The notes under the pieces were generated by a model, which was given only the letters and a program-made list of their open reading frames with translations, searched no databases and was not told the origin of the DNA. From NCBI GenBank assembly GCA_963813155.1, contig CAWEYG010000003.1:128001-192000 (forward strand): DNA of 64,000 nucleotides, in the 5' to 3' direction. Shown piece by piece: positions 30,638 through 41,921 of this stretch. This DNA comes from an uncultured Acidobacteriota bacterium (GTDB lineage: Bacteria; Acidobacteriota; Thermoanaerobaculia; UBA5066; DATFVB01). Position 1 is the first letter of the stretch. Each line of letters opens with the position of its first letter. A program made the position numbers and the translations under genes.

Positions 30638-31545
30638 GCCTCCCGCCGCTCGTGCTCGTGCTCGGGCCCACGGCGTCGGGTAAGACGGCGGCGGCGTTCG
30701 AGATCGCGCTCGCCGCCGCGGGCGAGGTCGTGTCCGGAGACGCGTTCGCCGTTTACCGCGGCCTCGACGTGGGAACCGCGAAGCCCTCCCTCGCGATGCG
30801 CCGCGCCGTGCCCCATCATCTGATCGACGTCCGGGAAGCCGGGGAGCCCTATTCGGCGGGGCGCTGGGCGGCCGATGCCCGCGAAGCGGTCGAGCGAATC
30901 GAGGCGCGCGGCCGCGTTCCCGTGATCGCCGGCGGCTCCCACTTCTATCTCCGGGCCCTTCTCGAGGAGCTTCCGGGGGGCGCCGTCGCGTACCCGGAGC
31001 TGCGGTCGTACCTGGCCTCCCGATCGGGGCCCGACGAGAATCGAATCCGAAAGCGGGCCCTCGATTTTCTCGACCCGGAGTATTCGCGGGGAGTTCCGCC
31101 CGGAGACACGTCGCGCCTGAGCCGGGGCCTCGAGATCGTCTACGCAACGGGGCGGCGGGTGAGCGAACGGCCGCGCCCCACGCCGGAGTGGGCGCGGCGG
31201 CGCCGGATCCTCAAGATCGCGCTTCAAATCTCGCGCGAAGACATCTATACTCGAATCGACAGGAGAACCATGGAGATGTGGCGCGCGGGTTGGCCCCGGG
31301 AAGTCGAGGGTCTGCTGGAACAGAACGTGCCGACGACGGCGAATGGCTTCCGCGCGATCGGCTACAGGGAAATTGCCCGGTTCCTCGCGGGCGCCGCCTC
31401 GGAAGAAGAGACGCTCGCGGAAATCACGCGGAAGACACGGCTTCTCGTCAAACGGCAGAAGACCTGGCTCGCTTCCGAGCCCGACGTCGTGTTCGTGCCC
31501 CCGGAGAATGCCGTGGAAAGGGCGTTGCGATGGATTCGCCAGTGA
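30634..31545 (+). CDS. miaA: tRNA dimethylallyltransferase
   Basis: GPTASGKT, YRGLDVGTAKP, PHHLID, AIGYRE, KRQKTW. Confidence 0.96.
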   Translation: MSLPPLVLVLGPTASGKTAAAFEIALAAAGEVVSGDAFAVYRGLDVGTAKPSLAMRRAVPHHLIDVREAGEPYSAGRWAADAREAVERIEARGRVPVIAGGSHFYLRALLEELPGGAVAYPELRSYLASRSGPDENRIRKRALDFLDPEYSRGVPPGDTSRLSRGLEIVYATGRRVSERPRPTPEWARRRRILKIALQISREDIYTRIDRRTMEMWRAGWPREVEGLLEQNVPTTANGFRAIGYREIARFLAGAASEEETLAEITRKTRLLVKRQKTWLASEPDVVFVPPENAVERALRWIRQ

Positions 31546-31781
31546 ACAAGGCTCCGATCAACGTCCAGGATTCGTTTTTCTACTCTCTTCGTCACGACGA
31601 CTCGCTGGTGGAGGTCGTGCTGTTGAGCGGTGGAACCCGGCTCGGAAGGCTCAAGCGGTTCGACAAGTTCTCCCTCGTTCTCGAGGTCTCCGGCCACGAG
31701 GAGATGATCTACAAGCACGCGATCGCGTGCATTCGAGCCGAAGCCCACCGGCCCCCGCCGCCCGCGCCCCCGGTTCCGTGA
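31530..31781 (+). CDS. hfq: RNA chaperone Hfq
   Basis: NVQDSF, FDKFSLVL, MIYKHAI; directly after miaA. Confidence 0.9.
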   Translation: MDSPVNKAPINVQDSFFYSLRHDDSLVEVVLLSGGTRLGRLKRFDKFSLVLEVSGHEEMIYKHAIACIRAEAHRPPPPAPPVP

Positions 31782-33046
31782 GACTCCGCGCCCTCGGCGC
31801 GATCGTGGTGCTGGGCGTTGCTGGCGCTTCGTGCCGCTCTCCGGCCCCGGCGGGGTCGCTTCCGGCGTACCTGCTCGACCCGCGGACGGGCCTCGACGGC
31901 CCGTTTTCCGAGTCCGTGAATGAGGGCTGGAACCTTCTGCGCCGGGGCCGCCCGGCCGAAGCGCTGCGCGCGTTCCAGGCAGACCCGAAGTCGCCCGCAG
32001 CGGCCGTCGGGAGCATCGAGTCCCTCCTCGAGGCGGGCCGGATCGACGAAGCGCGCTCCGCCTGCGGGCAGACGCTCCAGGGCGGCCTCGAGACCGCGCC
32101 GGTTCTCGCCGCCTGCGGGGAAGCGGCCTCCCGGCAGGGTTCCTGGTCGGAGGCGTTCGACCTCTTCGAAGCCGCCGGCCTGCGCGCGCCGGGCTCGGGC
32201 GGTCTGAGCGAGCTCAAACGGGCCGCCGCGCCGAAAGCCGTCGCCGAGCTCGTTCGAGACGGCGAAGAGGCGCTCGGGGACAACGAGGTCGCGGAGGCCG
32301 AAAACGCGGCGGAGCGAGCTCTCGCGATCGCGCCGGGAAGCCGTCCAGCGCTCCGGCTCTCCGGAGCGTCGGCCGTCGCGCGCGACGACCCGGAAAAGGC
32401 GTTCGGCCGGTACTGGGCCGCGTGGAAGCTCGATCGCGCGGATGCGGATTCGGGCGAGAAGGCGGGAGACTTGGCGCTGAAGGTCGGGCGCTACGACGCG
32501 GGTTACGAGATTTTCGGCGAGCTCTCCCGGCACGATTCCCGCTTTCTCTCCCGCGCGGAGGAATGCCAGGAGGAGTTTGTGATTTCGAACTGGCCGTCTC
32601 CGGACCGGCAGAGCGCCCACGCCGCCCGACTGACCCGGGCCCAGGCGGCGGCGCTGCTCTGGAGGCTCCTTCCCGAGATCCGCGCGGTCCCCGTGCCGTC
32701 TTCCGCGCCGGTCGCCTCCGACATTCTCTCGCGCGCCGACCAGAAGGTCCTCGCGCACTGCCTCGGAATCGGCCTGCTCACCGTCGACGGGTCGACGCAC
32801 CGGGCTCGTCCGGACGTGTTCCTGTCCCGCGCGGAGGCCGTGCGCTTCCTGCTTCGTGCGGCGGCCGTCACGGGGCTCGGCCGGGCGGCGTCGTGCGTCG
32901 ACGACAGGGCGTCCGGGGAGAGCCTCCTCGCCGCGGCCGCCGAGTGCGGCATTCTGCCGGCGGGGAAGGCCTCGGCCGTCTCCGGTCGCGAGTTTCGGCG
33001 CGGGATCGCCGCGATCCTCTCGGCCGGAGGGAGGGCGCGAAAATGA
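31778..33046 (+). CDS. TPR-like lipoprotein with SLH-like C-terminus
   Basis: Lipobox AGASC; helical repeats; LTRAQAA and RPDVFLSRAEAV motifs. Confidence 0.7.
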   Translation: MRLRALGAIVVLGVAGASCRSPAPAGSLPAYLLDPRTGLDGPFSESVNEGWNLLRRGRPAEALRAFQADPKSPAAAVGSIESLLEAGRIDEARSACGQTLQGGLETAPVLAACGEAASRQGSWSEAFDLFEAAGLRAPGSGGLSELKRAAAPKAVAELVRDGEEALGDNEVAEAENAAERALAIAPGSRPALRLSGASAVARDDPEKAFGRYWAAWKLDRADADSGEKAGDLALKVGRYDAGYEIFGELSRHDSRFLSRAEECQEEFVISNWPSPDRQSAHAARLTRAQAAALLWRLLPEIRAVPVPSSAPVASDILSRADQKVLAHCLGIGLLTVDGSTHRARPDVFLSRAEAVRFLLRAAAVTGLGRAASCVDDRASGESLLAAAAECGILPAGKASAVSGREFRRGIAAILSAGGRARK

Positions 33047-33624
33047 GGGCGGAACGAATGCGCGGCCCGTGGACGATTCCCAATCTCATCACGCTCCTTC
33101 GCCTGGCCGTTCTTCCCGTGTTTCTCTACGCGATCGCGACGGCTCATCCGGTCGCCGCGCTCTCGCTTTTCGTTGTCGCGGGAGTCTCCGACGGCCTGGA
33201 CGGATACCTCGCCCGCGCCCTCAACATGAAGTCCGCTCTGGGCGCCGTCCTCGATCCGCTCGCCGACAAGCTGCTGATGATGTCCTCCTACGTCATGCTC
33301 AGCATTCCCTCGTACCCGGCCCGGCTCCACATCCCCCTGGGCGTCACGCTCCTCGTCCTCTCCCGGGACATCCTCATGCTGCTCGTCGCCCTGCTCGTCA
33401 TTCTCACGACGGGGCTCAAGGACTTTCCCGCGACGTTCGTGGGAAAGACGAACACCGTCGTTCAGATCCTCGCGGTCCTCGCGGTGCTGTGCGCCGACGT
33501 CTGGCCGCTGCCGGGCCCGTTCGTGTGGGTCCCGTTCGGAGCGGTCGCGGCGTCGACGGTCGTTTCGGGCTTCCACTACGCGGTTCTCGTCTCCCGGCGC
33601 GTTGCGGAGAAGGAGAAGGCGTGA
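33043..33624 (+). CDS. CDP-alcohol phosphatidyltransferase
   Basis: TIPNLITLLR, SDGLDGYLAR..GAVLDPLADK. Confidence 0.93.
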   Translation: MRAERMRGPWTIPNLITLLRLAVLPVFLYAIATAHPVAALSLFVVAGVSDGLDGYLARALNMKSALGAVLDPLADKLLMMSSYVMLSIPSYPARLHIPLGVTLLVLSRDILMLLVALLVILTTGLKDFPATFVGKTNTVVQILAVLAVLCADVWPLPGPFVWVPFGAVAASTVVSGFHYAVLVSRRVAEKEKA

Positions 33625-33640
33625 TCTCGCTGCGGCTCCT

Positions 33641-33895
33641 ATGATTTCGCTCCGCCTCTACAGCCGGCGCGAGTGCCGTCTCTGCGAGGAGATGCAGGCG
33701 ACGGTGAACCGGGCCTCGGAGGGATTTTCAGTCCGCCTCGAGATCGTCGACGTCGACCTGGATTCCGAGCTGATCGGCCATTACGGCGAGGAAGTTCCCG
33801 TTTTGTTCGTCAACGGCGAGAAGTTCGCAAAGTATAGGATTGGGGAGACCCGACTGCGCTGGAAGTTGATGCGCGAGGCGTCGAAAGCGCGATGA
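33641..33895 (+). CDS. Glutaredoxin-like protein (DUF836)
   Basis: LYSRRECRLC..YGEEVPVL. Confidence 0.85.
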   Translation: MISLRLYSRRECRLCEEMQATVNRASEGFSVRLEIVDVDLDSELIGHYGEEVPVLFVNGEKFAKYRIGETRLRWKLMREASKAR

Positions 33896-33917
33896 GCCGG
33901 CCGGGCCGGGAGGCACG

Positions 33918-34223
33918 ATGAGCGAGTGGAAACGGATCCGGAAGGAAACGCGCCGGAAGGTGCGGGGCGGGCTGACGCAGGCGCGCCGATACGCGAAGCG
34001 TCTCGACGAGGAGACGGAGCCTCAGCGCCGGCGTCTGGGAGCGGAAGCGCGCCGGCGCGCCCCGGGATTCGCGGCGTTCGCCATCGCGACGGCGATCGAA
34101 ATGATGCGCCAGCGCCGCGGTCCGGAGAGGCGTCCGCGGTCGCTCGTACGATTTGGCCAGACGGTCGTCCTGCTGGGAATCGCGGCGTTTCTGGCCGCGG
34201 TCTTCCTGAAGCCGAAGCGCTGA
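33918..34223 (+). CDS. Small basic membrane-anchored hypothetical protein
   Basis: GGAGG RBS; C-terminal TM helix. Confidence 0.65.
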   Translation: MSEWKRIRKETRRKVRGGLTQARRYAKRLDEETEPQRRRLGAEARRRAPGFAAFAIATAIEMMRQRRGPERRPRSLVRFGQTVVLLGIAAFLAAVFLKPKR

Positions 34224-34383
34224 GTTCCTCAGGCCGGGCGCAGGGCTCGGAACCTCCCGCCTAAAACTTTGCCCGAGAAGCGGTTCGCCGAGGGATCGAA
34301 TGCCGATCCGCTTGCTGGCACACCGTTTGCTTTTGGCGGTGGTTGTCCTGCTACCACAGCTTGGAAGCAGAAGGAGGATTTCG

Positions 34384-37300
34384 ATGCGCTGGCGTGAGAC
34401 CCGGTTCTTCGGGACTACTCTGGAAGTCGCGGCTCTACTCCTCGCGGTTCCCCTCTCGACTCGAGCGGCAACCCCCTCCTCCGGAACTCTCTCGGACGTC
34501 TCGGGTCCCCTGAACTACACGGCGGGGCCTTTCATGGCGGCCAACCCGACTCCGATTCCCGAAGTCGACAGCGGCCCCGAATGCAACAACCCGACGCAGC
34601 CCTGCGACGATTTCGCGCTGACCGTCGCGATGCCGGCCGGCTACGCGGCAGCTCATCCGAACGCCGCTATCCGGGTCGCGATGAGCTGGACCGACAGCGG
34701 CAGCGGGAAGTCGGACTACGACCTCTATATCTACAAAGGCACCGTCATCGGCACGAGCGGGAATCAGCCCTCCGATTTCGGATCGGTCAGCAGCGCGAAC
34801 CCGGAGATTGCCTACGTGAACCCGGTCGCCGACGGCTCCGCCTCCTACACGGTGAAGATCCTTCCCGCCACGCCGACGGGTGAAACCGTCCACGTGAAGA
34901 TCGATCTCCTGCCCGGTTCTGGCGGCAGGGGCGCGTTCGGAGGGCCGGACCCCGCGACACCGGGCGTTCCGCGCTACCAGAACTTCCTCGCGCCCGCGGG
35001 TTCCACGGCGGAGAGCTCGCAGGGCGAATTCAATATCGGGTTCAATCCCCGCACCGGACGCATTCTCACGATGAATATCGGGCCGATCTGGCGGCTGACT
35101 CCTCCCGAAAGACTGACGCCGAGCCTCCCGGCCTGCTGCGAGGCGCTCTGGGAGGATCGGTCGACGTTGACGACGAATACCGGCCTGGATCCGATTCTCT
35201 GGACCGATCAGAAGAGCGGGCGCACGTTCGCGTCCAATTCCACGGCCGGCGCCGATGCCGTCTATGCCTACAGCGACAACGACGGCGACCAGTGGACGGA
35301 GATCGGGGCCGGCCCTCCCGACGGCGGGGCGGACCACGAGACGATCGGAACCGGACCGTTTCCCGCAAGCCTGTCGCTTCTCACGACTCCCCTGAACCAG
35401 GGGCAGTTCGCGCTGTACTGCTCCCAGGACATCGTCGGTCCCGCCATGTGCCAGCGGAGCCTCGACCTCGGGGTCACCTGGGGTCCGGGCGTGCCGGCCT
35501 ACACGGGAAGCGGCACCTTCGGTTGCGGCGGCCTCCACGGGCACGTGCACATCGCGCCGAACGGCACCGCCTGGCTGCCGGTCAGTCAGTGCACCGGGCG
35601 GCAGGGGGGCGCGACGAGCACGGACGGCGGAATCACCTGGAATGAATTCGCCGTCACGGGGAGCGTCTCCCAGGCCCAGGGCGCCGATCCCTCGATCGCG
35701 CTCGACAGCGACAGCACCGCCTACTACTGCTACGTCAATCGAGAGCCGGTAGCGGCCGGCAATCCGCCCGAAGGCCACGTCCACGTGAAAGTGAGCCAGG
35801 ACGGAGGCCTGACCTGGATCAACGATTTCGATCTCGGCGCGTCGCAGGGCATCAAAAACGCGGCCGAGACTGAGGCGGTCGGCGGAAGCTCGGGCCGCGC
35901 CGCGTGCGGTTTCCTCGGGACGAACGTGAACGGCGACTACCAGGCCGACGGTTTCCCGGGAGTCTGGTACGCGTTCATCGCGACGACTTACGACGGCGGA
36001 AAGAGCTGGGTGACGGTCAACGCCACGCCGAACGATCCCGTGCAGAGCATGACCGGCGTCTGGCAGCAGGGCGGCGCCCACCCCGACCGCAACCTGCTCG
36101 ACTTCAACGAAATCACGGTCGACGACAAAGGCCGCGTTCTCTACGGCTACAGCGACGGCTGCGTGACCCCGGGATGCATCGCCGGCACGGCGGCCAACGA
36201 CGGCACGGCGTTCATGCGCGTCGCCCGGCAATCGGGCGGCAAGGGGCTCTTCGCGAGCCTCGACGCGGCCGAACCGGTTGCGCCGAGGCCGCCCTGTCTC
36301 TCCGGAACGCGGGATTCTTCCGCCGCGCACCTGTCCTGGAAGGCTCCCGACAACGGCGGCTCCGAAATCGTGAACTACCAGATCTTTCGCGGCACGTCCC
36401 CGGGCGGCGAGGTGCTGCTCGCGCAGACCGGAAACGTCAAGACTGCGTACAACGACGCGACGGCCGATCCCGGCGTGACGCGCTATTTCTATGTCGTCAA
36501 GGCGATCAACGCGCTCGGCTCCGGCTTTTCGAGCAACGAGGCGAGTCTCGCGGTCGTGAACCCGCCGCCCGCGGAGAACGTGTGCGCGTTACCCGGCCTG
36601 ACCGAGCTCACGGACGCTTCCGGCGACACGAGCGCCGCCGAAGGCATCGTGAGCACTCCGGCGCCTCCGGGGTCCGACCTGCTCTCGTTCCAGCTCTCGC
36701 AGCCCTATTCCACCGACGGCGTCGTGCGCCTCGCTTTCACGCTCAACACGGATCCGGGGGAGTCTCCGCAGCTTCCCGGCTCCGCGTGGTACGTCGCGAT
36801 GAAGATTCCCGACCCGGCTCCGGCGACGACGTTCCACTACCGCGCCGTCCACATGGCATGGTCCGGCCCGACGCCCGTCTTCGAGTCGTACACACCGAGC
36901 GCGGGCAACAACGGCGCCGTCGACGGACGTTTCGTGACTCCCGGCACGGCCGTGCCTGCCGAGGCGAGCAGTGCCTACGCTTCGCCGTTCGACACGGTCG
37001 TCATCGTCGTCAAGGCGAGCGACCTCGGCCTGGTCCCCGGAAACACGATCGCGGGATTCGTGTCGGGCGTCTCGCAGAGTACCGATGTGACGAATCTCGG
37101 CACCGGCGCCTCGTCCCTCTATGACCAGATGCCGGACAGCCTCGCGTTCACCGGTTCCTACACGGTCCGGAGCAACCAGCTGTGCAGTCCGGAAGGCCCT
37201 CCCATCGCCGTTCTCCAGGCCACTCCCAACACCGGCTGCTCGCCCCTGACCGTTTCGTTCGACGGATCGCAATCCTACGATCCGGACGGCGACACGATCG

Positions 37301-37731
37301 CGTCCTACAAGTTCAACTTCGGAGACGGCACGGCGACGGTCAGCCAGTCGTCCCCGACGGCGGCCCACACGTATCCTTCGGCCGGCACTTTCTCGGCGTC
37401 ACTTTCCGTGAGCTGTTCCCGGGATGCCGAGAGCGTGAAGTCCGCGCAGGCTATCGTCTCGGTCGCCGCGGCGCCCGCGGCGCCGGTGATCTCGGCCCCG
37501 GCGTCGGCGAAGCCGAATCAAACCGGGTTGAAGGCGTCGGTCGCGAGCCACGCCGGGAGCCAGTACTCGTGGAGCGCTTCCAACGGCTCGATCACGGCCG
37601 GTCAGGGGACGAGCCAGGTCGCGTTCACGGCGGGAAGCAAGGGAACCGTCGGCCTTTCGGCGACCGAGATCTCGGCCGGAGGGTGCGTCTCGCCCGCGGG
37701 GCAGGCGTCGATCCCGATCGGCAAGAAGTAA
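34384..37731 (+). CDS. Large secreted protein: Asp-box (sialidase-like) propeller, FN3 and PKD domains
   Basis: SxDxGxTW repeats, LSWKAPDNGGS, SYDPDG..FNFGDG; AGGAGG RBS. Confidence 0.85.
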   Translation: MRWRETRFFGTTLEVAALLLAVPLSTRAATPSSGTLSDVSGPLNYTAGPFMAANPTPIPEVDSGPECNNPTQPCDDFALTVAMPAGYAAAHPNAAIRVAMSWTDSGSGKSDYDLYIYKGTVIGTSGNQPSDFGSVSSANPEIAYVNPVADGSASYTVKILPATPTGETVHVKIDLLPGSGGRGAFGGPDPATPGVPRYQNFLAPAGSTAESSQGEFNIGFNPRTGRILTMNIGPIWRLTPPERLTPSLPACCEALWEDRSTLTTNTGLDPILWTDQKSGRTFASNSTAGADAVYAYSDNDGDQWTEIGAGPPDGGADHETIGTGPFPASLSLLTTPLNQGQFALYCSQDIVGPAMCQRSLDLGVTWGPGVPAYTGSGTFGCGGLHGHVHIAPNGTAWLPVSQCTGRQGGATSTDGGITWNEFAVTGSVSQAQGADPSIALDSDSTAYYCYVNREPVAAGNPPEGHVHVKVSQDGGLTWINDFDLGASQGIKNAAETEAVGGSSGRAACGFLGTNVNGDYQADGFPGVWYAFIATTYDGGKSWVTVNATPNDPVQSMTGVWQQGGAHPDRNLLDFNEITVDDKGRVLYGYSDGCVTPGCIAGTAANDGTAFMRVARQSGGKGLFASLDAAEPVAPRPPCLSGTRDSSAAHLSWKAPDNGGSEIVNYQIFRGTSPGGEVLLAQTGNVKTAYNDATADPGVTRYFYVVKAINALGSGFSSNEASLAVVNPPPAENVCALPGLTELTDASGDTSAAEGIVSTPAPPGSDLLSFQLSQPYSTDGVVRLAFTLNTDPGESPQLPGSAWYVAMKIPDPAPATTFHYRAVHMAWSGPTPVFESYTPSAGNNGAVDGRFVTPGTAVPAEASSAYASPFDTVVIVVKASDLGLVPGNTIAGFVSGVSQSTDVTNLGTGASSLYDQMPDSLAFTGSYTVRSNQLCSPEGPPIAVLQATPNTGCSPLTVSFDGSQSYDPDGDTIASYKFNFGDGTATVSQSSPTAAHTYPSAGTFSASLSVSCSRDAESVKSAQAIVSVAAAPAAPVISAPASAKPNQTGLKASVASHAGSQYSWSASNGSITAGQGTSQVAFTAGSKGTVGLSATEISAGGCVSPAGQASIPIGKK

Positions 37732-37758
37732 GCTCGGCGTCCGCGTCCGTTTTTTCTC

Positions 37759-37793
37759 AGAGCTCCCCGCGCTTCGGCGCGGGGGGCTCTTTG
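37759..37793 (+). terminator. Probable intrinsic terminator hairpin
   Basis: AGAGCTCCCCGCGC-TTCG-GCGCGGGGGGCTCT followed by TT. Confidence 0.6.
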
Positions 37794-37811
37794 TCGTGAG
37801 ACAATTCCCCC

Positions 37812-40245
37812 ATGGCCTGGACTGCCGCGAAGATTTCGCTATTCGCCCTGGCGGCGTCGAGCGCCGCGGGCGCGACGACGTGGCCGCAATTCGATTTCGA
37901 CTCCCAGCACAGCGGAAACAACACACAGGAGTCGATGATCGACCGCACGAGCGTCACCAATCTCACGCAGCAATATCAGGTCGCGCTTCCGAGCATTGCG
38001 GACGGCGCGCCAGCTTACCTGCCCGGCGTCTCGACCTCCCAGGGAACGCTCGACCTTCTGTTTCTGACGACGAAGGCGGGTCACCTGCTCGCCATCGACG
38101 CGGCGACCGGAACGATCATCTGGTCGCACCAGTACGCCGCGGGAAGCTGCAAGATCAACAACGGCTCCAACGCCTGTTACACGACGTCGTCCCCGGCGGT
38201 GGACCCGACCGGCGCGTTCGTCTACGGCTACGGTCTCGACGGGAAGGTCCATCAATATCGCGTCGGGGACGGAGTCGAGACGACGACCGGAGGGTGGCCG
38301 CAGGTCACGACGCTCAAAGGGTTCGACGAGAAGGGATCTTCGGCCCTCTCGATCGCCGTCGCGAAGGACGGGCATGCCCGTCTCTACGTCACGAACGGCG
38401 GCTATCCCGGCGACGGGGGCGACTACCAGGGGCACGTGACCGCGATCGATCTCGCGAGCGGGGCGCAAAACGTCTTCAACGCGAACTGCAGCAATCAGGC
38501 CGTGCACTTCGTCACGACTCCGGGGACGCCCGATTGCGCCGCGGTGCAAACGGCGGTCTGGGCGCGGCCGGGCGTCATCTACGAGCCGTCGCTGGACCGG
38601 CTTTTCTTCGCGACGGGAAACGGCAACTTCGACGCCCCGAGCGTCTCGCCGCCGAACCACGACTGGGGAGACTCGGTGCTCTCGATTCGGGCGGACGGGA
38701 CGGGCTCGTCGGGCAATCCGCTCGACAGCTACACGCCGACGAATTTCCAGCAGCTCGACGACCAGGACCTCGACCTCGGCAGCGCCGCCCCGGCGATTCT
38801 CCCGTCGTCGTACTCGGGCGGAGTGCTCGCGGTCCAGAGCGGGAAGGACTCGAAGCTTCGCCTGCTGAACCTCTCGAACCTGAGCGGGCAGGGCGGGATC
38901 GCCCACGTGGGCGGCGAGCTTCAGACTCGTCTCCGTCCCGCAGGGGGGCGAGGTCCTCACGCACCCGGCCGTCTGGGTCAACCCCGCGGACCAATCGACT
39001 TGGTTCTTCGTCGCGAACGGGAACGGAATCTCCGGATTCAAGCTCACGATCAACGGGGCGGGAACTCCGTCGATTGCCTCTCAATGGTCGAATTCGGGAG
39101 GCGGAACGTCCCCCGTTGTCGCAAACGGGGTTCTCTTCTACGCCGGAAGCGGAATGCTCCGCGCGCTCAACCCCGAAACCGGAGGCCTCTTCTGGAGCAG
39201 CGCGCAGATCGGCGGAATCCACTGGGAGAGCCCGATCGTGGTCGACGGTGCGGTCTACGTCACCGACGAATCTCTGCACCTGACGGCGTTCGCGCTGCCC
39301 GCGGGGCCCGGTCCGGCGCCGAACGTCGACTCTTTCACCGCGACGCCTGCGGTGCTGGGGAGCGCGGGCTCCTCGACGCTCGCGTGGGCGACGTCGCGCT
39401 CGACCTCGGTGACGATTTCCGGGGTCGCCGGATCTTTTTCTCCGAGCGGAAGCCACGGCGTGTCGGTCTCTTCGACGACGAGCTACACCCTGACCGCGAC
39501 GGGGCCCGGGGGCAGCGCTTCGGCGGTCGCGACCGTCAACGTCCTGCCTCCCGGCGGCGCGGGGCTCGCGCAACCCGCCATCAGCTCTCCGACTCCCGGC
39601 CAGGTCGTCGGAACGACGAACGTGAATTTCTCCTGGGGGGCCGTCGCGGGCGCGGACGGGTACGGATTTCGAATTTTCAACGCTTCCAACGGGCAGATCG
39701 AGCTCACCGGTTCCACGAGCGGCGCGGCGTCGACTTCGACGGCGGCCGGTCTGGCCGGGGGAGCCCACACGTTCGCCGTGCGCGCCTGCGCCGGAGGGTT
39801 CGCGGACGCCAACTGCGGCCCCTACGGAACCGTCAACTTCAGCGTTCACGTGAGCGCTCCGACGTCTTCTCAGGTGAGATTCTTCACCCTGACGCCGTGC
39901 CGGATCGCCGACACCCGAAACGCGGCCGGGCCGTTCGGCGGTCCTGCGCTCGCGGCGGAAACGGGACGGGTCTTCACGCTCGCCGGGCGGTGCGGAATCC
40001 CTTCCGGGACGAAGGCCGTATCGCTGAATTTCACCGTCGTCACGCCGTCGACCGACGGGTCGCTGCAGATCAACCCGACGGGTGCGCAGCCGGGATCCGC
40101 GACCGCGATGTCGTTTCCGGCGGGGCGGGTACTGGCGAACAACGCGATCGTGTTTCTCGGGACCGACGGCGCGGTCGTCGTCACGGACGGTCAGATCACC
40201 GGCAGCGTGAATCTCGTCATCGACACGAACGGCTACTTCAAGTAG
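37812..40245 (+). CDS. Secreted PQQ-like beta-propeller protein with Ig-like and C-terminal TPCR..DTR domain (frameshift near 38930)
   Basis: AIDAATGTIIW, DLDLGS; second frame WESPIVVDG, FFTLTPCRIADTR..IDTNGYFK. Confidence 0.8.
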
Positions 40246-40249
40246 ATCC

Positions 40250-41906
40250 TTGAATTCGAGGTCGATCGACCGGCTTCTCGCCGGTCTCGAAGAGGCGCGC
40301 GGCCGCCGGGGAGACCAGGCGGGCGTCGAATCGATTCTCTCCGCTCTGGCGCGCGCGACGATTCCCGACGCGCGCCGGCTGATCCGCCTTCACGAAGCGC
40401 TTCTCTACTTCCGCGCCTTTCCGAGCCGGAATGCAGTCGCGAAGCGGGCGGAAAAGCTGCTGGCCGGGTTCTCGGCCCGCGTCGAAGCGCTCCGAAACGC
40501 CGGAGGCGACATGTCTCCGTTCGACGATCCGGCAACCTCCGGAATCGCCGGGACTTCGGTTGCGATGTCGTTCTCTTTCGAGATGCTGCGCTGGCTCGAC
40601 CGCCGCTGCGGCAGGAACGTCCGGATTGCGTGGGACGGGTCCGACAACGGCGATCGCCTCGGCGAGACGCTTCCGCGATTCGTGCCGCTTCTCGAAGAGG
40701 AATCCCTGGCCGACGCCAATGTTCCGTACGTCTCCTGGCTCGACGCGGCCCGCGGCCGGTCGAGCCCGATCGGCTGGCTGTTGCGAAAGTTCGAGGGTTT
40801 TCGAGCCTCCCGAACGGCCGCCGCGGAGCTCTTCGATTCGCTCGACCTGCCGGTCGAATGGGATCTGGGGCGGCTGCCGCTCTCCCGCACGATGCTGCGT
40901 CTTCCGTCGCCGCCCCTGTTCTGTCACGGCGGCCGTCTCGTGCCGAGCCGGGACGTGCGGATCGAATCCGCGCTGGCGGGGCCGCCGCTGCGGGTCGCGC
41001 GCCTGTCGCCGGCGGGGGCGGAGCGCGCCCTCGACGGGGCCCGGGCGGCGCTCGCGACGCGGTACCGCGAGCTGCACGGCTTCACGCACGCGGACCCGCG
41101 CACGGCGATCCGCGCGCAGGGGAGCCGGGGAATCGCGATCTACATCTTCGGCCTTCGCCCGGAGCGGCGCCTGCCGATCCGCGCCGGGTTCGCGCACCTC
41201 GTGACGCGCAACGGCGTTCCAATCGGCTACGGGGACGGCCTCGCGCTGTTCGAGCGCGCGGACCTCTCTTTCAACATCTTTCCGGAGTACCGCGACGGGG
41301 AATCGGCGTTCGTCTTCGCGACGCTGCTGAAGACGTACAACCAGTTCCTCGGCGCCACGACGTTTTCGATCGAGCCGTACCAGATCGGCGCCGAGAACGA
41401 GGAAGCGATCGCGTCGGGCGCGTTCTGGTTCTACAGGAGGCTCGGGTTTCGCCCGGCCTCGAAGGAGCTGGAGCGGCTCGCGCAGCGCGAAGAGACGCGC
41501 ATCGCGGCGGACAAGTCCCATCGCACGTCTGCGGCGGTGCTGCGCCGCCTGGCCGGCTCGAACATGCTGCTCGAGACCGGGCGGTTCGGAAAAGGCGACT
41601 GGGATCGCTTCCACATCCGCAACCTCGGGCTCGCGGTCAACCGGAAGGCGGCATCCGGAACACGGACGCGGCCCTCGGACTCGGGTCTGGCGCTCGTGCT
41701 GGGAGTTGATCCCCGATCGGGGCCGCTGGAACCGTGCCGAGAAGAAAGCTCTCGCGGAGATCCTCCGGGCGAAATCGGCTCAAGTCGGAACGCCGCTATG
41801 TCCGGCTGCTGCAGAAACACGAGCGACTGCGCAAGACGATTCTGAAGCTCGGGTCGAAGCGACGGTGATCCACCGTTCGGCGCGGGCGGAACGCACCCTC
41901 TGGTAA
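40250..41906 (+). CDS. Hypothetical protein (probable frameshift near 41705)
   Basis: Long ORF with backbone codon usage; NGVPIGYG and SGAFWFYRRLGF motifs. Confidence 0.7.
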
Positions 41907-41921
41907 ACTTTGACCAGCAAA

